Both the position numbers and the translations under genes were made by a program. Shown piece by piece: positions 41,226-50,137 of a stretch of 61,180 nucleotides of DNA (positions are counted from its first letter, which is position 1; each line of letters begins with the position of its first letter). The notes beneath the pieces were generated by a model that ran no database searches, had not been told where the DNA came from, and was given only the letters and a program-made list of their open reading frames with translations. Origin of the DNA: Bacteroidota bacterium (lineage in GTDB: Bacteria; Bacteroidota; Bacteroidia; Flavobacteriales; Flavobacteriaceae); contig JBJOGS010000029.1 of the NCBI GenBank assembly GCA_046048095.1, positions 1 through 61,180 of the forward strand. Reading direction: 5' to 3'.

Positions 41226-41243
41226 TTGTTAAATATGTAACAA
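41226..41243. promoter_or_regulatory. 18-bp palindrome TTGTTA-N6-TAACAA upstream of the arg operon leader; candidate operator
   Basis: ttgtta (41226-41231) and taacaa (41238-41243) are perfect inverted repeats. The length equals that of an ARG box, but the sequence does not match the enterobacterial consensus. Confidence 0.3.
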
Positions 41244-41253
41244 TCATTTGGTT

Positions 41254-41374
41254 GGCTCACCTAAAAGAGTAGTTTTACACCCTCAATGAAAACACTTCAG
41301 CACTTATCGCTTCCGATTCGACGTTTTCTTCGCCGCCCGTAAGGGTGTGTGCTGTTTTTGGAATTAGGTGAGTC
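41254..41374 (+). promoter_or_regulatory. Structured arg-operon leader RNA (candidate attenuator)
   Basis: Helix A: ggctcacctaa (41254-41264) / ttaggtgagtc (41364-41374), 11 bp. Helix B: acaccct (41277-41283) / agggtgt (41342-41348). Competing helix C: cagcac (41298-41303) / gtgctg (41349-41354), followed by ttttt (41355-41359). Confidence 0.45.
41286..41342 (+). CDS. Candidate 18-codon leader peptide MKTLQHLSLPIRRFLRRP with 4 Arg codons
   Basis: ATG 41286 to TAA 41340-41342. Arg codons are CGA CGT (41319-41324) and CGC CGC (41331-41336). Lies 91 nt upstream of the first arg-operon gene. Confidence 0.45.
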   Translation: MKTLQHLSLPIRRFLRRP

Positions 41375-41433
41375 CAGTTCCGTCTTCTCTTAGAGTTTTT
41401 CAATCAAGTTTCAAAATTTAGCTGTTTATCCTT

Positions 41434-41982
41434 ATGGAAATCTGCTTTGCAGATGATTCGCATCATCGTTATGCGCAAGAAATCTGCGACACTATACAAG
41501 ACGCCGCGCAGAAGCGCGGTACCGGAATTGCCCGACGTACTCCTGAGTATATCTGTACACGTATGACTAATGGAAATGCGGTTATCGCATTAGAAGGTGA
41601 GCGGTTTGCTGGCTTTTGTTACATTGAACGTTGGGGCGACAAAGATTTTGTGGCCCACTCAGGACTTATCGTACATGAAGACTTTCGAGGGATGGGTCTT
41701 GCCAAGGCCATCAAGAAAAAAGTGCTAGAGTTGTCGATTCAAAAGTATCCCGAAGCCAAGATTTTCGGAATTACGACCGGTTCTGCGGTAATGAAAATCA
41801 ATTATCAGTTGGGCTATAAACCGGTAACCTTTAGTGAACTGACTAACGACCCTAAATTCTGGGACGGATGCCAGACCTGCCTGAATTACGATGTACTTAC
41901 TCGAACAGGAAGAAAGATGTGCCTGTGCACAGGAATGCTGTATGACAAACACCTTAAATCAACCGAAAATGAAGAAGAATAA
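41434..41982 (+). CDS. Short GNAT acyltransferase heading the arg operon (candidate N-acyl-glutamate synthase)
   Basis: GNAT motif HEDFRGMGLAKAIK. Overlaps the argG start by 14 nt. Assignment to step 1 of the pathway is by context only. Confidence 0.7.
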   Translation: MEICFADDSHHRYAQEICDTIQDAAQKRGTGIARRTPEYICTRMTNGNAVIALEGERFAGFCYIERWGDKDFVAHSGLIVHEDFRGMGLAKAIKKKVLELSIQKYPEAKIFGITTGSAVMKINYQLGYKPVTFSELTNDPKFWDGCQTCLNYDVLTRTGRKMCLCTGMLYDKHLKSTENEEE

Positions 41983-43162
41983 AATTGTAATCGCATACAG
42001 CGGAGGCCTTGACACCTCGTATTGCGCTCACTTGATGGCCTCTAACTCCGAGAATGAGGTGCATGCTGTTACGGTCAATACCGGGGGGTTTTCTGCAGAA
42101 GACCTCGCCGACATCGAACAAAAGGCCCTGGCTTTTGGGGTAGATCACTATGTATGCATTGATGCCCAGCAAGCGCTCTATGACGAAGTGATTAAGTATT
42201 TGATATACGGCAATGTGTTGAGAAACAATACTTATCCGCTTTCTGTGAGTGCAGAGCGAGCAACTCAGGCGCTTAAATTGGTTGAGTACGCTAAGTCGGT
42301 TTATGCTTCGGCGATTGTTCACGGATCTACGGGTGCCGGAAACGACCAGGTGCGCTTTGACTTGATGTTTCAAGTGTTGGCCCCAGAGATTGAGATCATC
42401 ACCCCGATTCGCGATCAAAAATTATCGAGAGAAGAAGAGATTGAATACCTCAAATCTCATGGATATGCCTATTCATGGGAGAAGGCGAAGTATTCGATCA
42501 ACAAAGGGCTGTGGGGCACTTCAGTTGGAGGCGCAGAAACGCTCACCTCTTCAAAAGGACTCCCCGAAGAGGCCTTCGTTTCACAGTTAAGCCGAACAGA
42601 TAGCCAAGACCTGAGCCTCACCTTTGAAAAAGGAGAGCTCGTTGCGCTCAATGGCAAAAATGGAGCAACGGTTGCTTTGATCAAAGAGCTAGAAACCATT
42701 GCGGCTGCCTTCGCTATTGGTCGGGATATTCACGTAGGAGACACTATACTCGGAATCAAAGGAAGAGTGGGGTTTGAGGCGCCTTCGGCACTCATCATTC
42801 TTAAAGCACACGAGTTGCTTGAAAAGCACACGCTTACCAAATGGCAGCAGTTTCACAAGCAGCAACTAGCCCAATGGTATGGGATGTTATTGCATGAAGG
42901 GCAACTGCTCGATCCGTCGATGAGAAATATAGAGGCCTATTTAAGAGATAGTCAACAGCAAGTGAGCGGAGAGGTGTATCTTAAATTGCATCCGTATCGC
43001 TTTGAATTGCAGGGCATTGACTCACCCTACGACCTCATGCAATCAAAGGTGGCTACTTACGGAGAAACCAATGCCGCCTGGGATGCGAACGATGCAAAGG
43101 GATTCATCAAGCTATACGGCATGGGAATCAAGCTGGCACAAAATGTAAAAAGAGATGATTAA
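41969..43162 (+). CDS. argG: Argininosuccinate synthase
   Basis: AYSGGLDTS motif. Start set at MKKNKIVIAYSGG (ATG 41969); the track ORF starts upstream at 41891. Confidence 0.95.
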   Translation: MKKNKIVIAYSGGLDTSYCAHLMASNSENEVHAVTVNTGGFSAEDLADIEQKALAFGVDHYVCIDAQQALYDEVIKYLIYGNVLRNNTYPLSVSAERATQALKLVEYAKSVYASAIVHGSTGAGNDQVRFDLMFQVLAPEIEIITPIRDQKLSREEEIEYLKSHGYAYSWEKAKYSINKGLWGTSVGGAETLTSSKGLPEEAFVSQLSRTDSQDLSLTFEKGELVALNGKNGATVALIKELETIAAAFAIGRDIHVGDTILGIKGRVGFEAPSALIILKAHELLEKHTLTKWQQFHKQQLAQWYGMLLHEGQLLDPSMRNIEAYLRDSQQQVSGEVYLKLHPYRFELQGIDSPYDLMQSKVATYGETNAAWDANDAKGFIKLYGMGIKLAQNVKRDD

Positions 43163-44138
43163 AGTTGCGATAATTGGAGCCTCAGGATATACCGGGGCAG
43201 AACTGCTGCGCCTTTTGACGCTGCATCCTGAAGTCGAAATACAATCCGCCTACAGCCGTACCAATAGCGGTAAGAAAGTTGCGGCCATTCACACCGACCT
43301 GCTCGGACACACTGATTTGGAATTTAGCGACCAGCTGCCGTCAGACTCCGACCTGTGGTTTTTGTGCCTGCCGCATGGAGAATCGGCGGATTTTTTAAGT
43401 ACCCACGCCGCAAAGATCAAGAACACCCGCATTATCGATCTCAGCAATTCGTTCAGGCACATGGAAAGCGCTTCTCATGAAGGGCGAAACTTTGTCTTTG
43501 GACTTCCTGAGCTAAATGCTGCAGCCATAAAAAAGGCAGATAATATTGCCAATCCGGGTTGTTTTGCGACTGCTATTACATTGGCTTTGGCCCCACTCTA
43601 TCATCAGGGAGTGATTGGCGCCTCTAATGAGATTCATGTGAATGCCACCACGGGAAGTACGGGGGCGGGCACCTCGTTGTCGCCTACCTCTCATTTCAGC
43701 TATAGAGCCAACAATTTATCGTGGTACAAGCCTTTTGTCCATCAGCATTTGGCAGAAATTTCTGAGCAGCTCACCAAAACGCCCAAAGCGACTCCTGAGA
43801 TTCTTTTTTTGGCTCAGCGAGGGGCATTCACACGAGGTATTTTTGCTACGGCTTATACCAAAACAGGGCTGACACTAGAAGAGGCCAAATCATTGTATAA
43901 GGGGTTTTATAAAGACGCGGCATTCACACATGTCAGCGATCAAGAAGTGCACCTCAAGTCGGTGGTGGGGACCAACAATTGTCAGCTTCACCTGCACAAG
44001 CATCAAAACCTATTGCTGGTGACTTCAGTCATAGACAACCTGCTCAAAGGAGCTTCAGGACAGGCGGTAGAGAATATGAACCTCATGTTCAATCTAGATC
44101 AAACCACAGCCCTTCGGCTCAATGCCACCTATTACTAA
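43155..44138 (+). CDS. argC: N-acyl-gamma-glutamyl-phosphate reductase
   Basis: GASGYTG Rossmann motif and active-site NPGCFAT. Confidence 0.93.
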   Translation: MIKVAIIGASGYTGAELLRLLTLHPEVEIQSAYSRTNSGKKVAAIHTDLLGHTDLEFSDQLPSDSDLWFLCLPHGESADFLSTHAAKIKNTRIIDLSNSFRHMESASHEGRNFVFGLPELNAAAIKKADNIANPGCFATAITLALAPLYHQGVIGASNEIHVNATTGSTGAGTSLSPTSHFSYRANNLSWYKPFVHQHLAEISEQLTKTPKATPEILFLAQRGAFTRGIFATAYTKTGLTLEEAKSLYKGFYKDAAFTHVSDQEVHLKSVVGTNNCQLHLHKHQNLLLVTSVIDNLLKGASGQAVENMNLMFNLDQTTALRLNATYY

Positions 44139-44929
44139 TGGAATCGATATCAATCATAGGAGCTGGGAATTTGGGGCAGAGTATCGCCACAGGACTCCTG
44201 AAAAACGGACACCAACTTACCTTGTCGAGACGTAAAATTTCAGCGCTATCGGCTTGGGCGAATCACGATAATGTTACGCTGACGTCCTCAAACACTGAAG
44301 CGGTGCAAGGGGCGGCAGTGATTATATTGGCGGTTCAGCCGCGCCACCTTCAATCGGTATTAAGCGAGATAGCTCCGGTGCTTGAGCCCTCACAGGTGGT
44401 TGTTTCTACGGCGGCAGGGTACGGATTAGAACGTCTTGAAGAACTGTTACCAAAAGATCAGCCTCTGCTAAGGGCAATGCCGAACACCGCCGTTTCAGTG
44501 CAGGCTTCAATGACCACTTTGAGCGCCAACATGGCCGGACGAGCCCATATTGATGCAGTTTCAGCTGTTTTCGATTGTGTGGGTGAAACCCTCGTGATAG
44601 ATGAAGAACAAATGCAGGCAGCCACTGTGCTTTGTGCCAGTGGGATCGCCTTTTGGTTACGACTAATCCGGGCCAATACTCAGGGAGGTGTTGAGATGGG
44701 ATTCGAGTCTGACACCGCTTTGAAAATGGCAACCCAAACGGCTTATGGTGCCGCCCAGCTCTTATTAAGTTCAGGCCACCACCCTGAGGCTGAGATTGAC
44801 CGGGTCACCACGCCTAAAGGATGCACGATTACAGGGCTTAATGTTATGGAGCACCAAGGGATGAGTTCAGCCTTTATTCAAGGACTCACAGCCTCTTTTG
44901 AAAAGATTAATGAATTGAAAAAACAGTGA
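44138..44929 (+). CDS. proC: Pyrroline-5-carboxylate reductase
   Basis: MESISIIGAGNLGQSIA start (TAATG overlap with argC). C-terminal TTPKGCTI motif. Confidence 0.88.
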   Translation: MESISIIGAGNLGQSIATGLLKNGHQLTLSRRKISALSAWANHDNVTLTSSNTEAVQGAAVIILAVQPRHLQSVLSEIAPVLEPSQVVVSTAAGYGLERLEELLPKDQPLLRAMPNTAVSVQASMTTLSANMAGRAHIDAVSAVFDCVGETLVIDEEQMQAATVLCASGIAFWLRLIRANTQGGVEMGFESDTALKMATQTAYGAAQLLLSSGHHPEAEIDRVTTPKGCTITGLNVMEHQGMSSAFIQGLTASFEKINELKKQ

Positions 44930-44930
44930 T

Positions 44931-46055
44931 ATGAGTTTGTATCCGGTTTATGCACAGTACCCCATCACGATCGTTTCTGCGCAAGGAATAGAGCTTACCG
45001 ATGAAAAGGGACAAAAATATCTTGACTATTACGGCGGTCACGCGGTGATATCTGTTGGCCATGGCCATCCGCATTACAAGGCGGCTTTACACGATCAATT
45101 GGATAAAATTGGTTTTTATTCTAATGTGATTCAAAGTCCGCTTCAGGAAGCACTAAGCAAACGCATTAACGCCCACCTCGAGGGGCCTTATCAACTTTTC
45201 ATGTGCAGTACGGGTGCTGAGGCCAACGAAAATGCGCTGAAAGTGGCCTCGTTTAAGACCCGAAGAAAAAAGGTGTTGGCCTTCACCCATAGTTTTCACG
45301 GGCGCACCTCTGCTGCCGTAGCGGCTACTGACAATCCTAAGATTTGGGCTCCGATCAACACCGGGCACGAAGTTGATTTTGTCGACTTTGAGGATTTCGA
45401 TGAAAGTGAGCGTTTACTCGCCACCTCAGTATATGCCGCGGTGATTATTGAAACGGTACAAGGAGTAGGTGGATTGGATCAGCCAACGGTTGCATTCGCC
45501 GCTCACCTCCAGACCCTCTGCAAAAAGTACGGCACCATGCTCATTGCCGATGAGGTACAATCGGGTTTTGGACGCACGGGCGCATTTTTTTCGTACCAAC
45601 GTTTCGGACTCGAACCGGATATCATTACCATGGCCAAAGGAATGGGCAATGGGTTTCCGGTAGCCGGCATTATGGTGAAATCTGGCATTGAAGCGGTGAT
45701 GGGAGAGCTTGGAACAACCTTTGGCGGAAATTTTCTAGCCTGTCGTGCTGCCCTCGCGGTCATCGATATTTTAGAAGATGAAAAGCTCATGGATAATGCA
45801 CTTCACCTTGAACAGGTCTTTAGAACAGCCGTCGAAGAGGCCGAGCTCAAGGCCACGATTAAAGGAGCCGGACTCATGATCGGTTTAGATTACGGAGTTC
45901 CAACTGCTGAACTTCGAAAAAAACTACTGTTTGAAGAGCACATTTTTGTGGGGTCTTCGAGCAATCCTAATGTGGTACGCATTCTTCCGGCGCTTAACAT
46001 TGACGAGCAGGCGATCAAATATTTAGTGGCCTGTCTAAAAAAACACAGTATATGA
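44931..46055 (+). CDS. argD: Acetyl/succinyl-ornithine aminotransferase (class III PLP)
   Basis: DEVQSGFGRTG and TMAKGMGNGFP (PLP Lys) motifs. Confidence 0.9.
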   Translation: MSLYPVYAQYPITIVSAQGIELTDEKGQKYLDYYGGHAVISVGHGHPHYKAALHDQLDKIGFYSNVIQSPLQEALSKRINAHLEGPYQLFMCSTGAEANENALKVASFKTRRKKVLAFTHSFHGRTSAAVAATDNPKIWAPINTGHEVDFVDFEDFDESERLLATSVYAAVIIETVQGVGGLDQPTVAFAAHLQTLCKKYGTMLIADEVQSGFGRTGAFFSYQRFGLEPDIITMAKGMGNGFPVAGIMVKSGIEAVMGELGTTFGGNFLACRAALAVIDILEDEKLMDNALHLEQVFRTAVEEAELKATIKGAGLMIGLDYGVPTAELRKKLLFEEHIFVGSSSNPNVVRILPALNIDEQAIKYLVACLKKHSI

Positions 46056-46996
46056 AGCATTTCATTTCGATCAAAGATTTAGAGGACCCCATTAAGGCGG
46101 TAAGTCATGCGCTTAAATTGAAGAAGCAAGGCGATACCCTTGACACAACTGACACCTCAGGAAAAGTACTATGCCTCTTGTTTTTCAATAACAGTCTTAG
46201 AACCCGTTTAAGCACTGAGCGGGCAGCAATGTACTTGGGCATGAAAGTCATGGTGATGCAGATTTCTGAAACCGGATGGGCTTTAGAGTTTGAAGACGGA
46301 GTGATCATGAATGCCGATAAGGCAGAGCATGTGAAAGAGGCCGCTGCGGTCGTCTCTCAGTATGCCGATGTGATCGGGATTAGGGCGTTTCCGACCCTTA
46401 CGGATAAAGAAGCTGACCTAGAAGAACGGGTGCTGCGTGCATTTGCGCGATATGCAACCGTTCCTGTATTAAGTCTTGAAGGCGCTACAGAACATCCACT
46501 ACAAGCGCTGGCAGATGCCATGACCATTGAAGAGCATCGCACGGTTAAACGTCCAAAGGTGGTGCTGAGCTGGGCTCCGCATGTGCGCACGCTTCCGCAT
46601 GCCGTAGCCAACTCATTTGTGCTCATGATGCAGCGCCAAGAGGTAGATTTGGTGCTGACGTATCCCAAAGAATATGCCCTAGATCCGACTGTTATCGGAA
46701 ACTCAAAGGTGACCCATCAGCAAGAAGAAGCATTCGAGGGCGCAGATTTTGTGTACGTCAAAAACTGGAGCAGCTTTGACCCTTACGGTCAAACCCCCAA
46801 AGTCTCAGACGACTTTACCATTACGGCTGCCAAGCTGCAAGCTGCCAAGTTTATGCATTGTTTGCCTATCCGACGTAATGTAGTGGCCGAAGATGCGGTG
46901 CTTGACGGGCCCAACTCGCTAGTAATACACCAGGCCAACAACCGAACCTTCTCAGCCCTATGGGCCATTCGTGAACTTTTAATCAACGCGCAATGA
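46052..46996 (+). CDS. argF': N-acyl-L-ornithine carbamoyltransferase (argF'-type, AOTCase/SOTCase family)
   Basis: SLRTR instead of the STRTR of classical OTCase. HPLQ motif. HCLPIRRN C-terminal motif typical of the acyl-ornithine branch. Confidence 0.85.
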   Translation: MKHFISIKDLEDPIKAVSHALKLKKQGDTLDTTDTSGKVLCLLFFNNSLRTRLSTERAAMYLGMKVMVMQISETGWALEFEDGVIMNADKAEHVKEAAAVVSQYADVIGIRAFPTLTDKEADLEERVLRAFARYATVPVLSLEGATEHPLQALADAMTIEEHRTVKRPKVVLSWAPHVRTLPHAVANSFVLMMQRQEVDLVLTYPKEYALDPTVIGNSKVTHQQEEAFEGADFVYVKNWSSFDPYGQTPKVSDDFTITAAKLQAAKFMHCLPIRRNVVAEDAVLDGPNSLVIHQANNRTFSALWAIRELLINAQ

Positions 46997-47766
46997 TGAA
47001 GAACATTACAATCGTTAAGATTGGTGGAGAAGTGCTACAGGACGCTGCAACACTCAGCCACACCTTACACGAGTTTAGCCGCATAAATGGACCAAAAATT
47101 CTGGTGCACGGGGGCGGTAGAGAGGTCAATGATTTAAGCCTTAAAATGGGTGTTGAACCGAAAATCGTTGAGGGCAGACGGATCACAGATGCGTTTCAAC
47201 TTGAATTAGCGGTCATGCTCTATTCTGGCAAAATCAATACTCAGCTGGTTGCTCAGCTAAGTGCGTTAGGTACTGTGGCTCTTGGAATCAGCGGTGCAGA
47301 CCTGAATGTGATTACTTGTGAGAAGCGCCCTGTAACCAAGATTGATTATGGCTTTGTCGGAGATGTAATTCAAGTCAATACTGGCGCCCTCGTTCAACTG
47401 CTCAATCAAGGAATTTGTCCTGTGGTGTGCTCGATCACCAGTGATCGTAGTGGTCAATTACTGAATACCAACGCCGACACCATCGCTACAGAAATAGCTA
47501 AGGGGCTGAGTCAAGATTACGAAGTACAACTCGATTTATTGATGGGTCCCGCAGGGGTGTTGACCGATCTTAATGCGGCTCATTCACTGATTGATAAGTT
47601 GAGCTATGCCCGCTATGAAAGATTGCGTAGCGAAGGCATACTGTCAGCAGGAATACTTCCAAAGCTACAAAACGCCTTTGAGGCGTTACACGCCGGAGTA
47701 TATCGTGTCAGGATAGGAAACATTGGGCTGCTAACTGAACAGAAAGGAACCGAGTTATGTCTGTAA
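46993..47766 (+). CDS. argB: Acetylglutamate kinase
   Basis: Amino-acid kinase fold (VKIGGEVL, HGGG, NTNAD motifs). Confidence 0.9.
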   Translation: MMKNITIVKIGGEVLQDAATLSHTLHEFSRINGPKILVHGGGREVNDLSLKMGVEPKIVEGRRITDAFQLELAVMLYSGKINTQLVAQLSALGTVALGISGADLNVITCEKRPVTKIDYGFVGDVIQVNTGALVQLLNQGICPVVCSITSDRSGQLLNTNADTIATEIAKGLSQDYEVQLDLLMGPAGVLTDLNAAHSLIDKLSYARYERLRSEGILSAGILPKLQNAFEALHAGVYRVRIGNIGLLTEQKGTELCL

Positions 47767-48842
47767 AACCAAGAGGCCAAGAGGCCATTGAATTACTTAG
47801 TAGCCTGATTCGTATCTCTTCATTTTCATCTGAAGAAGATCAATCTGCGGCTCTCATTGATCAATGGCTTCAGGCGCGTGGGGTGCGCACAAGGCGTTTT
47901 CATAACAACGTCTATGCGGTAAACCTGCACGAGGATTTGTCTAAGCCCTATGTGTTGCTCAATTCGCATCACGATACGGTGCGTCCGAACAAGGCATATA
48001 CGCGAGATCCGTTTGAATCGGTGATAGAAGAAGGAAAGCTATACGGGCTTGGCAGTAACGATGCTGGGGGCGCATTAGTAGCCCTACTCAGCACCTTTGT
48101 TCATTTTTACGAGCGCAAAGAGATGCCCTATAACATCGTAATGGCGGCTTCTGCAGAAGAAGAGACCGCAGGGCCGCTTGGTTTGAGCGCCTTATTAAAA
48201 GAGCTTCCGCCGATCGATTTGGCCCTTGTAGGAGAACCTACTTTACTTCAAATGGCAGTAGCTGAAAAGGGATTGATTGTATATGATGCCACAGTCTATG
48301 GTACTCCATCTCATGCCGCGCATCCAAACGACGACAATGCAATTTTAAATACCGTCGAGGTGTTAGAATGGTTCAAGAAAGTTCAATTCGAGAGGATTTC
48401 TGAAACGCTTGGCGCTGTGAAAACCACTGTGACGCAGATTAATGCAGGCAAGCAACACAATGTGGTTCCGGCCCAAGTAGATTTAGTCGTTGACGTTCGC
48501 GTTACCGATGCGTACACCAATGAAGAGATTGATGCCTATTTTTCAGCGCATGCCCCGTGCGAAATGAAGGCGCGTTCACTGCGCTTGCGCTCTTCGGGCA
48601 TCCCTTTAGAACACGATTTGGTGAAGGCCGGACAATCTATGGGAATGCAGACCTACGGTTCACCGACCCTCTCAGATCAAGCAGCGCTGACCTGCCCATC
48701 GATCAAATTGGGGCCGGGCGACAGTTTGCGCTCGCACTCGGCAGACGAATTCATTTATGTTCACGAAATTGAATCGGCTATTGATACGTACATCGAATTA
48801 TTAGACCGATTCTTTAACGCCTTAAAAACACCACACTCATGA
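47757..48842 (+). CDS. argE: M20 family deacylase (acetyl/succinyl-ornithine deacylase)
   Basis: M20 metal-binding motifs (SHHDTV, SNDAGG, EEE). Operon context fits. Confidence 0.8.
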   Translation: MSVKPRGQEAIELLSSLIRISSFSSEEDQSAALIDQWLQARGVRTRRFHNNVYAVNLHEDLSKPYVLLNSHHDTVRPNKAYTRDPFESVIEEGKLYGLGSNDAGGALVALLSTFVHFYERKEMPYNIVMAASAEEETAGPLGLSALLKELPPIDLALVGEPTLLQMAVAEKGLIVYDATVYGTPSHAAHPNDDNAILNTVEVLEWFKKVQFERISETLGAVKTTVTQINAGKQHNVVPAQVDLVVDVRVTDAYTNEEIDAYFSAHAPCEMKARSLRLRSSGIPLEHDLVKAGQSMGMQTYGSPTLSDQAALTCPSIKLGPGDSLRSHSADEFIYVHEIESAIDTYIELLDRFFNALKTPHS

Positions 48843-50137
48843 AGCTTTGGGAAAAAGGAATACCTACTTCTGATCGCGTAGAGCGCTTTACTGTCGGCGA
48901 CGATCGTCACTATGACCGTGCTCTAGCCAAATATGATGTGCTAGCCTCAATAGCCCATGCTAGAATGCTGGGGCGTCAATTAATTATAAGTACTGAAGAA
49001 TCTGACGCTTTAGTTTCAGCTTTAGAGGCTTTTATGCCAATTGTTGAACGCGATGATTTTTTCATTGAAGCTTCTTTTGAAGACATCCATTCAAAGATTG
49101 AGGCTTATTTAATTGAAACCTTAGGAGAAACCGGAAAGAAAATTCACACTGCCCGATCTCGAAATGACCAAGTACTCACGGCGATTCAACTTTATTGTAA
49201 GGATCAGCTTGATAAGGTGTGTTACAAAACGCATCGATTTGCTGAGGTCTTGCTTCAATTAGCCGAGCGCCATGCCTCAGTATTTATGCCAGGATATACC
49301 CACATGCAAGTAGCCATGCCCTCTTCTTTTGGCCTCTGGTTTTCGGCATACGCTGAGACCTTGGCCGATGAGCTGGTGATGCTTAGGGCGACCCAACATG
49401 TGGTTGACCAAAATCCTCTTGGATCAGCTGCCGGATACGGTTCTAGTTTTGATATTGACCGTCTCTACACCACCAAAGCACTCAATTTTCAGTCTGTAAA
49501 AGTGAACGCCATTGCCGCACAGATGATGCGCGGACGTACTGAACTTCGGGTACTCAGTGTTCTAGGGGATGTTGCTTATAGCCTCTCAAAGTTGGCCAAT
49601 GACATCTGTGTCTATATGGGGCAAGACTTTGGCTTTGTGAGCTTCCCTGACCACATTACCACCGGAAGTAGCATTATGCCTCACAAGAAGAATCCGGATG
49701 TTTTTGAGCTTATTCGCGCCAAGGCGAATGGATTGCAAGGCAGGCGCAACGAGTTGACCAGCGTGTTGACGAACCTTCCGACCGGATACCACCGTGATTT
49801 GCAGTTAACAAAACCCCTAGTCATGAATGCGTTCGATGAGCTTCAAGAATTGTTAGAACTATTTATTGAGGTGCTTCCTGAAATTCGAGTAAATGAATCG
49901 TTAGCTGCGCTAGAAAAGTACCAATACATCTGGAGTGTGGACACCCTGAATCAATGGGTCAGTGAAGGAATGCCTTTTAGAGAGGCCTATCAGAAGATGG
50001 CCCAAGTGATTGCGCAAGGCGACTATAGGCCAGACACTTCACAGAAACACCTGCACCTTGGAGCCAAAGATCATCTTGGGCTAGCACTGATCAAAGCTAA
50101 GCTTGACCAGGCCTTAGCTTCTGGAAGCTTGATTTAA
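48839..50137 (+). CDS. argH: Argininosuccinate lyase
   Basis: Fumarate-lyase signature GSSIMPHKKNPD. Confidence 0.95.
   Translation: MKLWEKGIPTSDRVERFTVGDDRHYDRALAKYDVLASIAHARMLGRQLIISTEESDALVSALEAFMPIVERDDFFIEASFEDIHSKIEAYLIETLGETGKKIHTARSRNDQVLTAIQLYCKDQLDKVCYKTHRFAEVLLQLAERHASVFMPGYTHMQVAMPSSFGLWFSAYAETLADELVMLRATQHVVDQNPLGSAAGYGSSFDIDRLYTTKALNFQSVKVNAIAAQMMRGRTELRVLSVLGDVAYSLSKLANDICVYMGQDFGFVSFPDHITTGSSIMPHKKNPDVFELIRAKANGLQGRRNELTSVLTNLPTGYHRDLQLTKPLVMNAFDELQELLELFIEVLPEIRVNESLAALEKYQYIWSVDTLNQWVSEGMPFREAYQKMAQVIAQGDYRPDTSQKHLHLGAKDHLGLALIKAKLDQALASGSLI

Noticed and set aside
41954-42418. Long antisense ORFs in the track, for example 154 aa opposite argG, 178 aa at 54346-54882 opposite kbl, 120 aa at 33345-33707 opposite recJ, 103 aa at 29024-29335 and 107-108 aa at 40455-40778 and 44406-44732
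   Set aside because: Each lies fully inside, and antisense to, a gene with strong motif support. Their translations are Arg/Ser/Leu-rich and low in complexity, as expected for frame shadows.
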